The position numbers and the translations under genes were made by a program. This document shows, piece by piece, positions 26,436 through 38,490 of a DNA stretch of 64,000 bases. Positions within the stretch are counted from its first letter, which is position 1, and every line of letters starts with the position of its first letter. Under the pieces are notes generated by a model. The model did not search any database. It was not told the origin of the DNA and was given only the letters and a program-made list of their open reading frames with translations. Source of the stretch: Ruditapes philippinarum (taxonomy: Eukaryota). The stretch lies in assembly GCF_026571515.1 (NCBI RefSeq), contig NW_026856433.1, forward strand, positions 1 to 64,000. Reading direction: 5' to 3'.

Positions 26436-27559
26436 ATATTATTATCCTGATACAAGAGTGTTTCATCTGAAATAAGATTGTTGAATTGTTATATCATACA
26501 TGTATATAAAATGATTTGTTTAATAAAAGGCCCTAGTAATATTGTACATGCTAAAGGCAAAACAAAGTGTAATTTGTTTGTTGTTTATTTTTTAATGGTT
26601 ATAAGTGAATTATTTCACCTTGGTTACATGTATATTAGTTTGCGTTATTATTTCTGACTGGTAATCAGATTGTTAATGCCTTTAAAAGGTTGGCCTAACT
26701 GAGATTAGACTTGTGGGGGGATGTTCATATGGTAGTTCATAAACTTCTTCAATAGGAGCATGATGACCAAGACGTGTCATATAATTGTGTTATAATTGGG
26801 AAGTTGGTGAACAATAAGATAATTGAATGATTTTAATTACTTAGGCATGACTTATACAAAATAATGTTAGTATATATGTTTCAAGCTACTCTCCCACACA
26901 AAACGGGTCTAAAACATAATTCATTCTTCAAATTAGACATCATTATAACGTTTATATATTTGGTAAGATATGCGTATAAATATTTTTTCATCGAAAAGTA
27001 TAGTAGTTCAGTATTATCACATTTATACTTAATAAGAATCTATACAAGAGGGATATCTTTATTCTGTGTAACAAACAACATTGAATATCAAATTTGATCA
27101 ACTTTTCAACCATATTTATTATTCTTATTAGGCCAACGCTTTTATTTTATTCAAATTACGGGTTTTTATATAAAGTTACCAGTATTAACATTCTATTTTA
27201 TTTTTCCAACAGCAGTCATTATCTATACTTTTAATCCTAACGAATCAACATTCCTAACCCCCCCCCCCCCACTTTGTCATTATTATAATACACGTTTAAT
27301 ATAAATAATCTAACAATACCCCCTTGTCGTATTCTTATCCCCTATATGTTATAAAACTTAAAGTTTAAAGTTTCAAGGAAGTTTAAAGAAATGCATATAC
27401 ATGGTAAGGGTTATTTTACACGTTTTCATCATTTATACCATTAAATCTGCTGTGTTCGTCAGACAATATACATTAAATTGCGTAGTTACAAATTTCATTC
27501 ATTTGATACCACTTTTCACGCATGTGATAACCAGATTTCATTCATAACATACATTTGAC

Positions 27560-27661
27560 CAATCGTAACTTCTCGGCCTTTTCCGTCAAACTTCGGAATC
27601 AACTATATTGCGCATTCGGAACTGCCTCGGACTGACGGAAAGGGCCGAGTAGTTGCGATTG
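27560..27661. mobile_element. Short palindromic MITE immediately upstream of the gene A2 ATG
   Basis: CAATCGTAACTTCTCGGCCTTTTCCGTCA ... TGACGGAAAGGGCCGAGTAGTTGCGATTG inverted repeats. Confidence 0.75.
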
Positions 27662-27678
27662 CTATATTGCGATCAATC

Positions 27679-30600
27679 ATGTCGAAACAGGAAGACGAGA
27701 ACATGACAGCGAAACTGGAAGAATTAATACTGAAAACAAAAGCGGAAATATATCAGTGTTTTAAATGGTTGCTTTGGATATGTTGTATATCGGTTGGTTT
27801 ACTTGCGTGTTGGGTAGGAAAAGTACAGTACTATGCAGTCGTAAATACTAACGATGGTAGTGACAATATTCATAAGGACAGTAGATATAAGAGTTTTAAA
27901 GCATTTGACCAAGATCGTGATGGTTTTATTTCGGAGCCGGAGTTTGAACAAATCCATAGTCGCTTGATTAACACTCAACCAAAGGTGCTTAAAAACAAAC
28001 TTTTTAAAGTTTTATATGGGCTATATACTATAATAAGATATCTTAATATACATATATAGACGTTTATGTAAAATATTTGATTATGTGACTAGCGCCTGTG
28101 CACTCAACCAGAGGAGAGGTTTCAAATTGTAAGGAAAACAAGTTTTTTTTTGAAGTTATTAATTAAGTTTTGTTAAATTAGCCGGTGAAAAAAAGATACT
28201 ATCTTTTCTAGTTATTCTATTTGTGAATATCTTGACGATGAGAATATTGGTATCCGAGAGGAATACAAGGTTAGCTTTTAAAAAAGCTAGTAGCGACTCG
28301 CTTCGTAATTTCTTTCCAGGGGCGTGTTTAAATGTAAAAATGACAGTTCTGTTAGCTGAAAAGACTTCAGCGAACATCAAAATAAAAGTGACATATAAAG
28401 TTAAGGAAGCCAGTTCTCTCAGTTTAACAAAGAGGAATATGAGTATATATGAAGATGCATGTAAACAGATAGAATGAAGTCCCTATGTCTATGCACATTT
28501 ACTATATGGCCTGTTGACCTTGACCAGAAAAAAATAGATAAGTAGAATTCATAAAAATGTCTCTTTATACGAAGTTAAGTTGTAATATGTTATTTAGTAT
28601 TGGAATAAGTGACAGATACAAGTCAAGTCAAGTAAATTTTATTTACAAGTCGGATACATCAACAATAAACATAAGCTCTGATGAGCTTTTTACACCGACT
28701 TCTATAATAGTTCTAAAGTAAACACAAGTTGTCAATCAATTCAGCCAGAAAAGCCGGGATCCTATTAAAAAAATAGGATCCCGGAAATTGACCAGTTTAA
28801 GAATATAGTTTTCAGAAAAGCCGGGATCATATTAAAAAAATAAAGAGATCCCAGGAATTGGACAGTTCAAGAATATTGTTTTCAGAAAAAGCTGGGATCG
28901 TATTAAAACATATAGGGATCCCGGGATTTGACCAATTCAAGAATATAGTCTTTGATTTTTCCAATTAATTAGGCATATAATTATAAGTATTGTGATTTTG
29001 TTAATAAATAGCTCTAAATATATCTATATCCTAAGTTAAATCAATTTAACTTTCATTACATACAATAAAAAAAAACTTAACGTTTAATGGCCTTTCATTA
29101 CGACTATTATCAACACATATATAGTTTATTAGTATTTTCTTCTATTATCTTATACGATCCCGGATCCCGGGCGTCCCGGATCCCGGCCAGTAAATACATA
29201 CACTATATACCGGAAGGGATGAAATGACCGGAAAAAAAGGAAAAAGAAAAAAATGCACAGAACCAGATGTCGTTCATGTTAATTAACCAAACGAAAACTT
29301 ACTACAAAGTAAACAGGACTGGTGAAATCGCTAAATCAAAAGTCAATGTAAATATGATTTATTGAAAAGAATCCATGAACACAAACATTTTAATCACCAT
29401 TATATCTTTGCGCTCAAAACAATACTTGCTGCTTTTTAAAAATGGCGTGAAAATTGAAGGTTTTTTGACGCTATATAAGATCAAATTTGATTGGCTAAAT
29501 AATTTTGGATCCTAGCCCTGATAGATAAATTTTGTAGAAAGCTGGAAGCAAAGCTTCGATTAAATTTTTGGATGGTTTCGGAGTTTTAGGTTGTTTCTCA
29601 GTAAAATCCTAACGTAATACCGGCTCGCCGTGGCGAGCCGGCACAAGTAAAGGGAAGTAACAGAATCGCCAGTTTGAAATATTACCGAAAGAGTTATCTT
29701 TACTTGATACCAGTGAATGCTCGGTCAATAGGGCTCTGTCAAAAAAAGAAAAAAAAGGAAGAAATCTTTTCGTTTATTTTTCACAAAAAAAACCCTTTAA
29801 AGATGGATTTAGGGAAAAAATCTAAAATAGTAACAGTAGAAACATTTTATCATTCAATTTCAATGCATCCATATTTGGCTACCTATCTGTTTAGATAACT
29901 GGTTGATTTAAATACATTTAAATAAAGTAGCTATATTAAGAATCATTATTTCTAAAGTATTCTTTTTATGATTTCTAAGGCATCAAGAGTTGAAATGTTT
30001 TGTCTTTTGTAAAATAACAACAAAATAAATTTTCCATATACATATGCATGTCTTTTAAAGGTGTCAGATGAATTAAAACGTATTGAAGAGGAACAAGGGA
30101 AACTCCACGCCCTTATAAATGATCTACAGTTAAAACTGACAGGTTTGTGAGATCTTAGAAAACTTAGTTATAGTTAATAAACAGTTTTATTATATTATAT
30201 AATATTTTATACCTTTTCCTTGCGCAGCATTTTTTTTCATAACTAGTGCAAAATGATTTAATAATACATGCCGTCTTTTCCAGTCGCTTAAAATGCAGTT
30301 TGCTATATAAATAGTGATGACATTATGAAAGAACGACTCCAGTTCGACATTGACCGCAACATTTTGTCGTCGTGTTATTGGGGTGCCATGGCACAACAAA
30401 CGCCACAGCGGCAATACGGTGGCACCATGGCGAAGCATCAAGCGGCGCCAGAACGCCTAACTGTGTCGTTATGGTGCCCTATTTTTGGCTACAAACAAAT
30501 ATATGATTTCAGACTCCGAGTTGGCTCAATGGGGACCCTGGAGCACGTGGAGCGACTGTTATATGAATTGCACTGGTAAACACGGTGGTCGTTTACAGAA

Positions 30601-32097
30601 TCGTTCAAGGGAGACAAATTCAAAGTCGGTCGTACAGGGTCATCAAAAAGAGACTGAGGAACGCCCATGCAATGCTGTACAATTCGCAGGTTGGTTATAA
30701 TATTACACATGTAATTGTTTATGGAATATTATCACTAACAGTATAAACACTGCCCATTCATTTAATCATTTTTTAAATATTTTTTTTCCATTAGTATTAA
30801 ATATTTATGACCGGTCAGAATCTGAATAAACGGACACTGCTAACAAAATGAAGCCGTCGCAGAAGTTACATTCCCAGTAAAAACTATTTTAGCAAGTAGT
30901 ACATAATTCGCTTTTCAACACAAGTGAGTTAATGACCAAAATACGGGATTAAAGTGCAAATTTTATAACTTAATTTAATCACTTTTAAAACTGATGTCTA
31001 GATATCTGTGATGGTGACATATTAAAAAGTAGGTCGTGATCTCAACGTGGCTCGAACTCACGATCCTAGCTTGGTTGAAAGATTAATACTTTAAACGTGT
31101 GCCACCCTCCCCTCTCTGTTTACAGCCGCTTCGAATTAGGAGAATTTAAAAGTATTTTGGATTTAGAGTACACCGTTTTTTTTTTAAATCTCATAGGTTG
31201 CATTAAAAGTTATGGAACAGATGATAATTTTGGTGTTAACTACGATTTCGCCGATCAAATGGCAGTTTCCACGTGCACGGCGCTTTCAGATGCCGGCTAT
31301 ATCTACGCTGTTAGACGGAGGTGCTCTTCGCTGTCGGTCTCGTGCGAGGAGACGTGTAAGCAAATAGGGTAAATACTGAAACTACTGAAATATATGTTAA
31401 AGGAAATCTTCACTCAGACATGTATAAAAACATGGATCACAGGGACACAGTCATTGGTCAATACTGTCTCATTTATGGCCCAAGCAAAATTGTTTAACTC
31501 ATTTTGATTCGTCAATTACCCTTGAAAGCTGCTTACTAGTATTTATGAAATTTTGTTGGCGATAAAATGAGGTTTATATTATACATTTTTTACTGCAATA
31601 CTGATTTCTATTTGACGTGTACGCAGCTGTTAAATCTGTAGCGCCTATATAGGTTTTGCAGCTTCACATCGACTTGAAAATGAAAACGAGGTTAGATGGA
31701 GTACAATAAGTATATGATACAGGTCGAACATGAAAACGTAGAAGTAATTCTAAAGCAGTAACCATATTATTACCACACTGATTCATTTCTTCGGATTTAC
31801 AGAAACCAATTAGTTCCAGTATATTCATTTTTATATATTTTCACCTTTAACATGCGGTTAACATTTTTATGCAGCTATGTGATATATATTATATGTGATA
31901 AATATTTGTTTTTTATGCATGCATACATGTATTTTTTCAGTGGAACATGTATCAATTCTCTACACATTTATAGAGGGTCACAAGTTTTGCTGAGAGATGT
32001 TGACGGTTCCAAGGGATTGTATGTCTACAAGTACAACAGTTGTGCCGGTGAATTTTGTGGTCCAAACTTTTGCTGTTGTCGGTCTTCAAAACCTTAA
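27679..32097 (+). CDS. Gene A copy 2: type II membrane protein with EF-hand, coiled coil, thrombospondin type-1 repeat and uncharacterised Cys-rich C-terminal domain (297-309 aa)
   Basis: Exons 27679-27984, [28093-28128], 30061-30142, 30513-30689, 31197-31368, 31941-32097 join in frame. Signal-anchor WLLWICCISVGLLACWVG; EF loop DQDRDGFISEPE; heptads VSDELKRIEEEQGKLHALINDLQLKLT; WGPWSTWSDC...RSR...C; C-terminal ...AVRRRC...C...C...C.NSLHIY...YKYNSC...CGPNFCCC. Exon 1 splicing is inferred. Confidence 0.75.
28266..29642. mobile_element. ~1.4-kb insertion in the first long intron of A2 with a Helitron-like 3' end
   Basis: Absent from the A1 intron. Ends in a perfect 10-bp GC hairpin CCGGCTCGCC-GT-GGCGAGCCGG (29620-29641) followed by CACAAG. 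Possible TC-type 5' end TCTATTATCTTATA at 29141. Confidence 0.6.
28745..28950. repeat. Three ~67-71-bp tandem units, each with an internal GGGATC...GATCCC inverted repeat
   Basis: GC(C/T)GGGATC anchors at 28753, 28820, 28891. Confidence 0.8.
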
Positions 32098-32149
32098 TTG
32101 TTCATTGTCGTATCACAACATTCAAAACATAGCCTTGTAATAGAAAATG

Positions 32150-32415
32150 CAGTATTCCCTTGTGGCTTAGGGCTTATCTTTCAGAGCTGAGGCATCAGAA
32201 TTGCTGTCACCGTTTTCCTCTAAGTGATTATAAGAATCTAAATGGGTTTGAATAACTGGAGTCTATGTATCTCTTACCTCCAGTAGGCAAGGTGGTTTTG
32301 ACCCTTGGTGTTGCTTTAAGTTTGTAACACTGAGGTTAGCCAAAATCAGCTTTCCTTTTTGGGCGCTATATAAATTAAATTGTGTTGGTGCGCCGTAAAG
32401 TCAAACAAAACAAAC
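32150..32415 (+). mobile_element. Decayed SINE downstream of the A2 stop (partly shared with A1)
   Basis: Degenerate A/B boxes and a TTGTGTTGGTGCGCCGTAAA..CAAACAAA tail. Confidence 0.4.
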
Positions 32416-32457
32416 GGAAAATGTACTTTCTTTAGTTAGCCATCATAAGGACAGCGA

Positions 32458-32561
32458 AATGATAAGCATTGATATTTTGTCGATATGATAAGCATTGATA
32501 TTTTGTCGATATGATAAGCATTGATATTTTGTCGATATGATAAGCATTGATATTTTGTCGA
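32458..32561. repeat. 26-bp minisatellite x4 (ATGATAAGCATTGATATTTTGTCGAT)
   Basis: Direct tandem copies. Confidence 0.9.
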
Positions 32562-33196
32562 ATACGCAGCATCATTCTTGAGAGAATAAAAGTGATCATG
32601 GAAGCCAATAGAGCTGTTGAAAATTGATAACAAACCACAATGTTTATTTATATGGATGCTGTTGGAAAGTGTGAGATACATGATCCGATATAAAATATTT
32701 ATATATATCTCAATATATTGTGTTCATTATATTAATGTTCATACTAAATCACCAAAAATGTTATTAGCATTTCCTTTTCAATAAAACCTTTTTAAAGGAA
32801 AATCCAAATGATGCATTTCTATTATTTTATCAACATGTGAAATACTTTGGGAAAACGTGCCAATCCACTTAAACCAAATTTTTGACAATGTGGCCCAGGA
32901 TATTGTCTTGAAACAAGCGAATGTGAGTCCAGTGGTAACCGTAATTTACTGACTTCCCAGCCTTAATTCAATATTCGCTATCTCAAATAAGTTTAAAAAA
33001 ATATTTTAAACTCATGCTTGTAGAAATTTTTCTGTGTTGCAATATTTTGATGAAAATATGTGTCACAATTTCTGCAAGCATACATGTATCTGGAAAAGTA
33101 CAAGAGCTACATTGGAAAAACATATATACCACTGGAGCCTAAAACATGGTGTTTATTATTCAAATATTGAAGGATAAAACGAAAAATGAGCATAGC

Positions 33197-33197
<1 letters not shown>

Positions 33198-33227
<30 letters not shown>

Positions 33228-33248
33228 GCGCGCGCGCGCGCGCGCGCG
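33198..33248. repeat. (GT)10(CG)15 alternating purine-pyrimidine tract
   Basis: Read directly; the CG run spans 33219-33248. Confidence 0.95.
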
Positions 33249-33808
33249 GTATAAAACCATATGGGCGAGCATATGCTTCATTTATGATAGGGAAAAACTG
33301 TACTTGGTAAAATAACTGCATATGTGGCTAGTGAGTGCCATATTTCCTGCCCCAAATCGGCAAATAATTGCCGTAGATGAAGCCGGAAAAAGGCGGGATT
33401 ATAATTATATCCCACACTTAGATTAAAAACTGTATTTAAAAAATTAACTTGAAGGAAGACGCTTATAGACCCTTTCATTTAAGACCGTATTCAAGTTGTC
33501 GCCCTTGGATGACGTCATTGGGGGATACAGTGGACAATGCCGATACGATTAAGTCTGGGATGTACGATGTGTCCCAGATTAAGTACAATAATAGAGGGAT
33601 ATAAAGATCTTAATCCTTTCTTTAATTGCCAAAATTTTGTGTAATTGAATAAGATATTACATAAAAAGGATGGTGAAATGAATAAATAAGAATGTTAACT
33701 ATAATAAGGTTAACGATTTGTTTTAATAGTAGACTATATTGCTGGGCAACTGATCATGATTACCATGTTCGTTCAGGTAGTTTCGAAAAAAGGCTGCGTA
33801 ATAATTAA

Positions 33809-35794
33809 GGTGACAACAGACACTTTCCGTGGTACTCACATAAATGTCATTTAAACCAACTTATTTTAGTAATAATTATTATTTATTTAATCTTTGTGCA
33901 TTAAATGTCGTTGATCATCATAAAAAATAACATATTTGAAAAAAATGCCTTTGTAAATGATTGATTTTTAATAAAAATCATAAAATTTTAAATCGTCATA
34001 TCAAAGTCAATTTTTATTTTTTTGTCATCAAACTTTTGGAAAATAAACATACTTATAATATCTGGGGAACCGTGTCTCAAATTTTTTCTATCTTTTCTCA
34101 AAAAAATATTACGTAACGTCAAACATTTTATACGACTTTTTTCACCATACATATTACGTAATTAAAGATAATTAAGTCGCTGATTGAGCAAACAAAAATC
34201 CCTGACAATGTTCCCTCCGTAAATAAATTCCCTTTCATGTGCTTTAAACCGCATGTTAATTGCTTGATTATTAAAAAAGTTATGCCGATTCAAAGTTAGT
34301 CCGACCCGCATCAAACGAAGTGTCATAAATCGGCTGTTCTCTCTCGGACCCCTACGTTTCACGCTAAATAATTGCATAATACACAAATATCGCACCAGAG
34401 AGGGTCACAAGTTGCGGTAACATACTCTAACAACATTTTATGACCCAGTGTCATCTGACCAATTAAAAATTTGCTGATTAATATCAGTTTATAACAGAAA
34501 TTTCTTCAAATCTTAACGTGATTTACTTTTCGTCTGGTATCGGTCTCACATGTCACGTGACTTTCGGTAAAATTTGAGGCACTCGGTGGGGGGGTATTGG
34601 AACGTATTTGCGCACCGTTAGCGGGGTATTTAATTGTTTCACGTTTGAAGATTATTATTATTATCATCAGCATTATTATTATATTATACCAGTGTCACTC
34701 TGTCTGTGTATTCGTGTATGAATTTCCGTTAAAATATAAATTAAAATAACAAAAAACTTAGCTTCTGACGGTCTTTTAAAGTCCATGGTAGATGTACAAA
34801 TTAGAACGGGATATTATATATTTTTTCCTCCAAATTGATTTAAATGCTTGACATATTTTAATAGAAATAAAAGGTATCACTCGATAATTATGATCTGATC
34901 TTCTTGACATCTATTATCATGAAAATCATTTACGCACGGCATAGAGATCTAGTTTCTACTGGGGTATACAATAATTCCATACTTTGTCCCAGGTTTATTA
35001 GTACTGTGTTCGATTTACTGGCGAACAATTTATTCAAAGCATACACTGATAATATATATCAATATTTTTTTTATTGATTCATAGAGAAATAATCATCCTT
35101 AAACAATCTAAAATGGTTTAGAAATTTGTCAGGGACACCGTACCGCAAGTCATATAGGCGTTCACATAAAAAGTTGTCTGTTTTTGTTGTTGTTTTACTT
35201 GACATTGTTAGAAAACGAGGTTGAATGTTAAGCAAGCCATTGAATCCGTTCAAAAGTCCATAAACTCAATGTAATATCTATCAGATTAACGGGACAGACA
35301 AATTATTTTCACACATTATGGATATTTTAGCAACCATATTTTTAAACAACCCCGTGGTCGTGCGATTTGCCGCTATGCTTAATTGTTTATGTTTTATCGA
35401 TATGTTACGTACATTGGCCGACAATTTCTTATTTTATAAAAAATGCTAAATAAAAGGTAGACGATATTCATAAAAGATGTACGGTATTTGTACGATACAT
35501 GAATTACGAGTAGTATGGACCAGTATGGACCGGTAATTCACGGATATATGGAACTACCGATTTCCCTCATTGATGCCTCAACAGGGGGGGGCGGAGCGTT
35601 ATCGATAATTGACAGGTTACGCGAATAGCAGATAAAAATGGTACAGGTACCGTTTAAAAACGTTTAAAAACACATTTTTTGGACTAACTGCTTCCAAAAT
35701 TAAATCACGAATGTGTTCAGAAATGGTTGATAAATCTACTAAGCAAAAAATCTCATTTTAGGTTTTTTCAGTGATAATTGACTCCGTTGTCACC
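33809..35794. mobile_element. 2.0-kb non-autonomous Kolobok-like DNA transposon
   Basis: TTAA|GGTGACAACAGA ... TCCGTTGTCACC|TTAA (12-bp TIR with 1 mismatch, TTAA TSD, GG termini). Confidence 0.75.
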
Positions 35795-37064
35795 TTAATT
35801 GCAAGATACTGGTTTATTAAAAATCATTTTGATTTAAGCATTACTTAGACGAAGACAAACAACAATATAAATCTATGTAATTTCAAAAAAAATGTAAAGG
35901 CATAAAAAGTAAAAATTCTTTTGAATGTACATGACTGTATACTAGCTATTTGTGTCGGCAAAAAATGCACTCTCAAAAAAAATAAAGTAATATTTTCAAC
36001 TTGAAACATTTTAATTTATACTCTGCTTATCAAATATTTAAAAAAATCACAAAAAAAACAACAAAAAAAAAAACAAGTTGTGAAACACGTTCGCAGAAAT
36101 TCGTTAATTTTATTAACTGAATTATAATTTTACGTATTTTTGACTGTGCCAGTTGGTAGGACTCTTGATCGAGTATCAAATCAGTAAGGCATGACCAATA
36201 AAGTCCCTAGGATGATCCATAACAAAATTTGGATCATAAATAGTTTGACAACTAACAAAAGTGACGTAATCTGATGTAATATTATAACTCTAAAAAATGC
36301 ACCCAGGTGATTTATGATATCACAGCCAAGTGCCGCTTGTATATACAACATATGCACCCTGTTAATTAATATGTTACGGCCCAGTGGCGCTTATACACAC
36401 ACATCTATTTATCTATGAAATAAGTTACTGGGAAAAGGTCTTTATTTTTATAGCCATAAGAATAGATTTTTAATATCTATCGTCTGTTGCGAATCTAAAA
36501 TAATAAAAGTCAATGCCTCATGGTTTTCGTTCTTTCCGGAATAATCATAAAATTAGATCTATATCCTTCACTGGTTCTTTGAAATATTTTTATACGGCAT
36601 AATGAAAAAGAATCAGTAAGTATTGACATAATGCATTCTGTTATTGTTCTATTAAAGCTTGAAAAACAATCATTAAAAGATGGGGCAATCTTATTTTCAT
36701 GTTTGTCACAAACGCCGGAATTTTCTAAATGACAGAAATAACACAGAAAAGTAGAAAATGGCCATTTAAATTTAAAATAGGCAATTTCAGTGTGTATGGG
36801 TGTTTATAAAATATTAAAATTTGATTTAGTTACTAGCTTTTTATCCTGAGAAAATTTAGATCTAATATAAATATATTCACTTTGAAATTTCGCTGTTTCA
36901 CTCCGTTCCCAATCTTTGTTGTTTTTTTTTTTCTATTGTCTTGATATTGAATTTATGTATGCATGCGTTAATTTTTACATGTTATAATCATAATTGAACG
37001 GTCAGTATTTACGCATTTAACTTTTCAATAAGCTAACATTCTATGCGGCCTGCATAGTTTTAGC

Positions 37065-37144
37065 CAAACTCCTCACAGCGGTTACGTCACGCTTTGCTAC
37101 TTTTACTGTACATATCAGGGGAAGTAACCGCTGCGAGGAGTTTG
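37065..37144. mobile_element. 80-bp hairpin/mini-MITE
   Basis: CAAACTCCTCACAGCGGTTAC ... GTAACCGCTGCGAGGAGTTTG (21-bp arms, one mismatch). Confidence 0.6.
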
Positions 37145-37208
37145 AGTTTTACCCCATTTACGTCACATCCGGTAAGGAAAGTAACTCTTCCCTGACTGTT
37201 ATCGCTTA

Positions 37209-37857
37209 GGGGGCAGGGGACCTAAAAATGAAAAAAATTGTATTTCAGTGTGACCAGAAACACAATTCCAAATATTTCAAAATCTGTTTCACATGCAGAT
37301 AACCAGTTGCACAGCATTATTCAATGATATATGACATACATTGAAGAAAATAATAGTTTGCATGCATTGCTCCTTCAAAAAATGACTGACAGCAATTTAT
37401 ATTTACCCCCACCCAGCCAAAATCACACCTAAAATATACCAATATGGGCAATCTTCATGAAGGTGCAGCATACTCAAGAATCCGCCCGATTCCTTTAAAA
37501 ATATCAGTAACACGCAGTGCAAGCTATGGCATTTTCAGAAATGACAAATAAAGTGTCTGTCATACGTTTAGATTTTTCACAAAATTTATCTGAAATTTCT
37601 TACTTGTTTGGCGCCAACTGTCAAAGCTTGATTTTTAACTTTTTCACCTCCATTCGGAGAGTCAGAAATACATACAAAGCTACCAAAATGCTTAGTTTCG
37701 GGTAAAAACCCAAAAATACTCCTCATTTCCTACACACAAACAAGAAAGAATTACAATGACAGAGAAATATCAGAAGTTATCAGTACCTTCAAAACACCAT
37801 GTCTGAGTTATTAAAAAATTTGACCGGGGCCATCATTCGAATATGTCCCCTGCCCCC
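37209..37857. mobile_element. 649-bp MITE with TTA duplication (PIF/Harbinger-like; Kolobok not excluded)
   Basis: TTA|GGGGGCAGGGGAC ... GTCCCCTGCCCCC|TTA, perfect 13-bp TIR. Confidence 0.75.
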
Positions 37858-38490
37858 TTAAATGAAAGGGTCTATACGCGTACGAGCATAGCGGTAACCC
37901 AATGTTACCGTAAATATATGTCACGTGATCAATCACCCTGAGCCAAACTTGTAACACAGAGTGATATGTCATCATTTTGTTGAGGAAAAAAGTGACAACT
38001 ATGCATACACGTTTTACTATTTTATTCAAGTTAAAGGGAGGCTATAGAAGTTTGTTCATATATAATATTAGTTGTTTCCCTTTAACGCCTCTATTGTACT
38101 TGTAATGCTATTTTTTTGTTGCGCGTTTATGATAAATTTATACATGATATATAACCTACACATTCTCTGACCATAAAATATTTAAATCTAGTTCATAATG
38201 GTGAAAATAACTTGCATTTGAAAATATAAGCATGCAAATTTCTTTCTTGATTAAGGGATATTCCGCGGATTTCAACATTTTCGGGATTCCATATTCATTC
38301 CGGAAACGACCAGAGAATCAGAAAATCTTTTTCGAGGGATGAATATCATTTACAGAAATGAGAACACATTTTGAATCTGTTTTCAATATTTCCAAAGTTC
38401 ACAATGACTCAAATGACAAAATAAATAAGACAAAACACTTTCAAGGAAGACGTTTCCAAAGTTGTATGATGTTTCTACAAGTCGTCAATT

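Noticed and set aside
27679-32400. Selenoprotein N (TM + EF-hand resemblance)
   Set aside because: No in-frame TGA in the spliced CDS, no thioredoxin-like SCUG region and no convincing SECIS; the downstream domains are unrelated.
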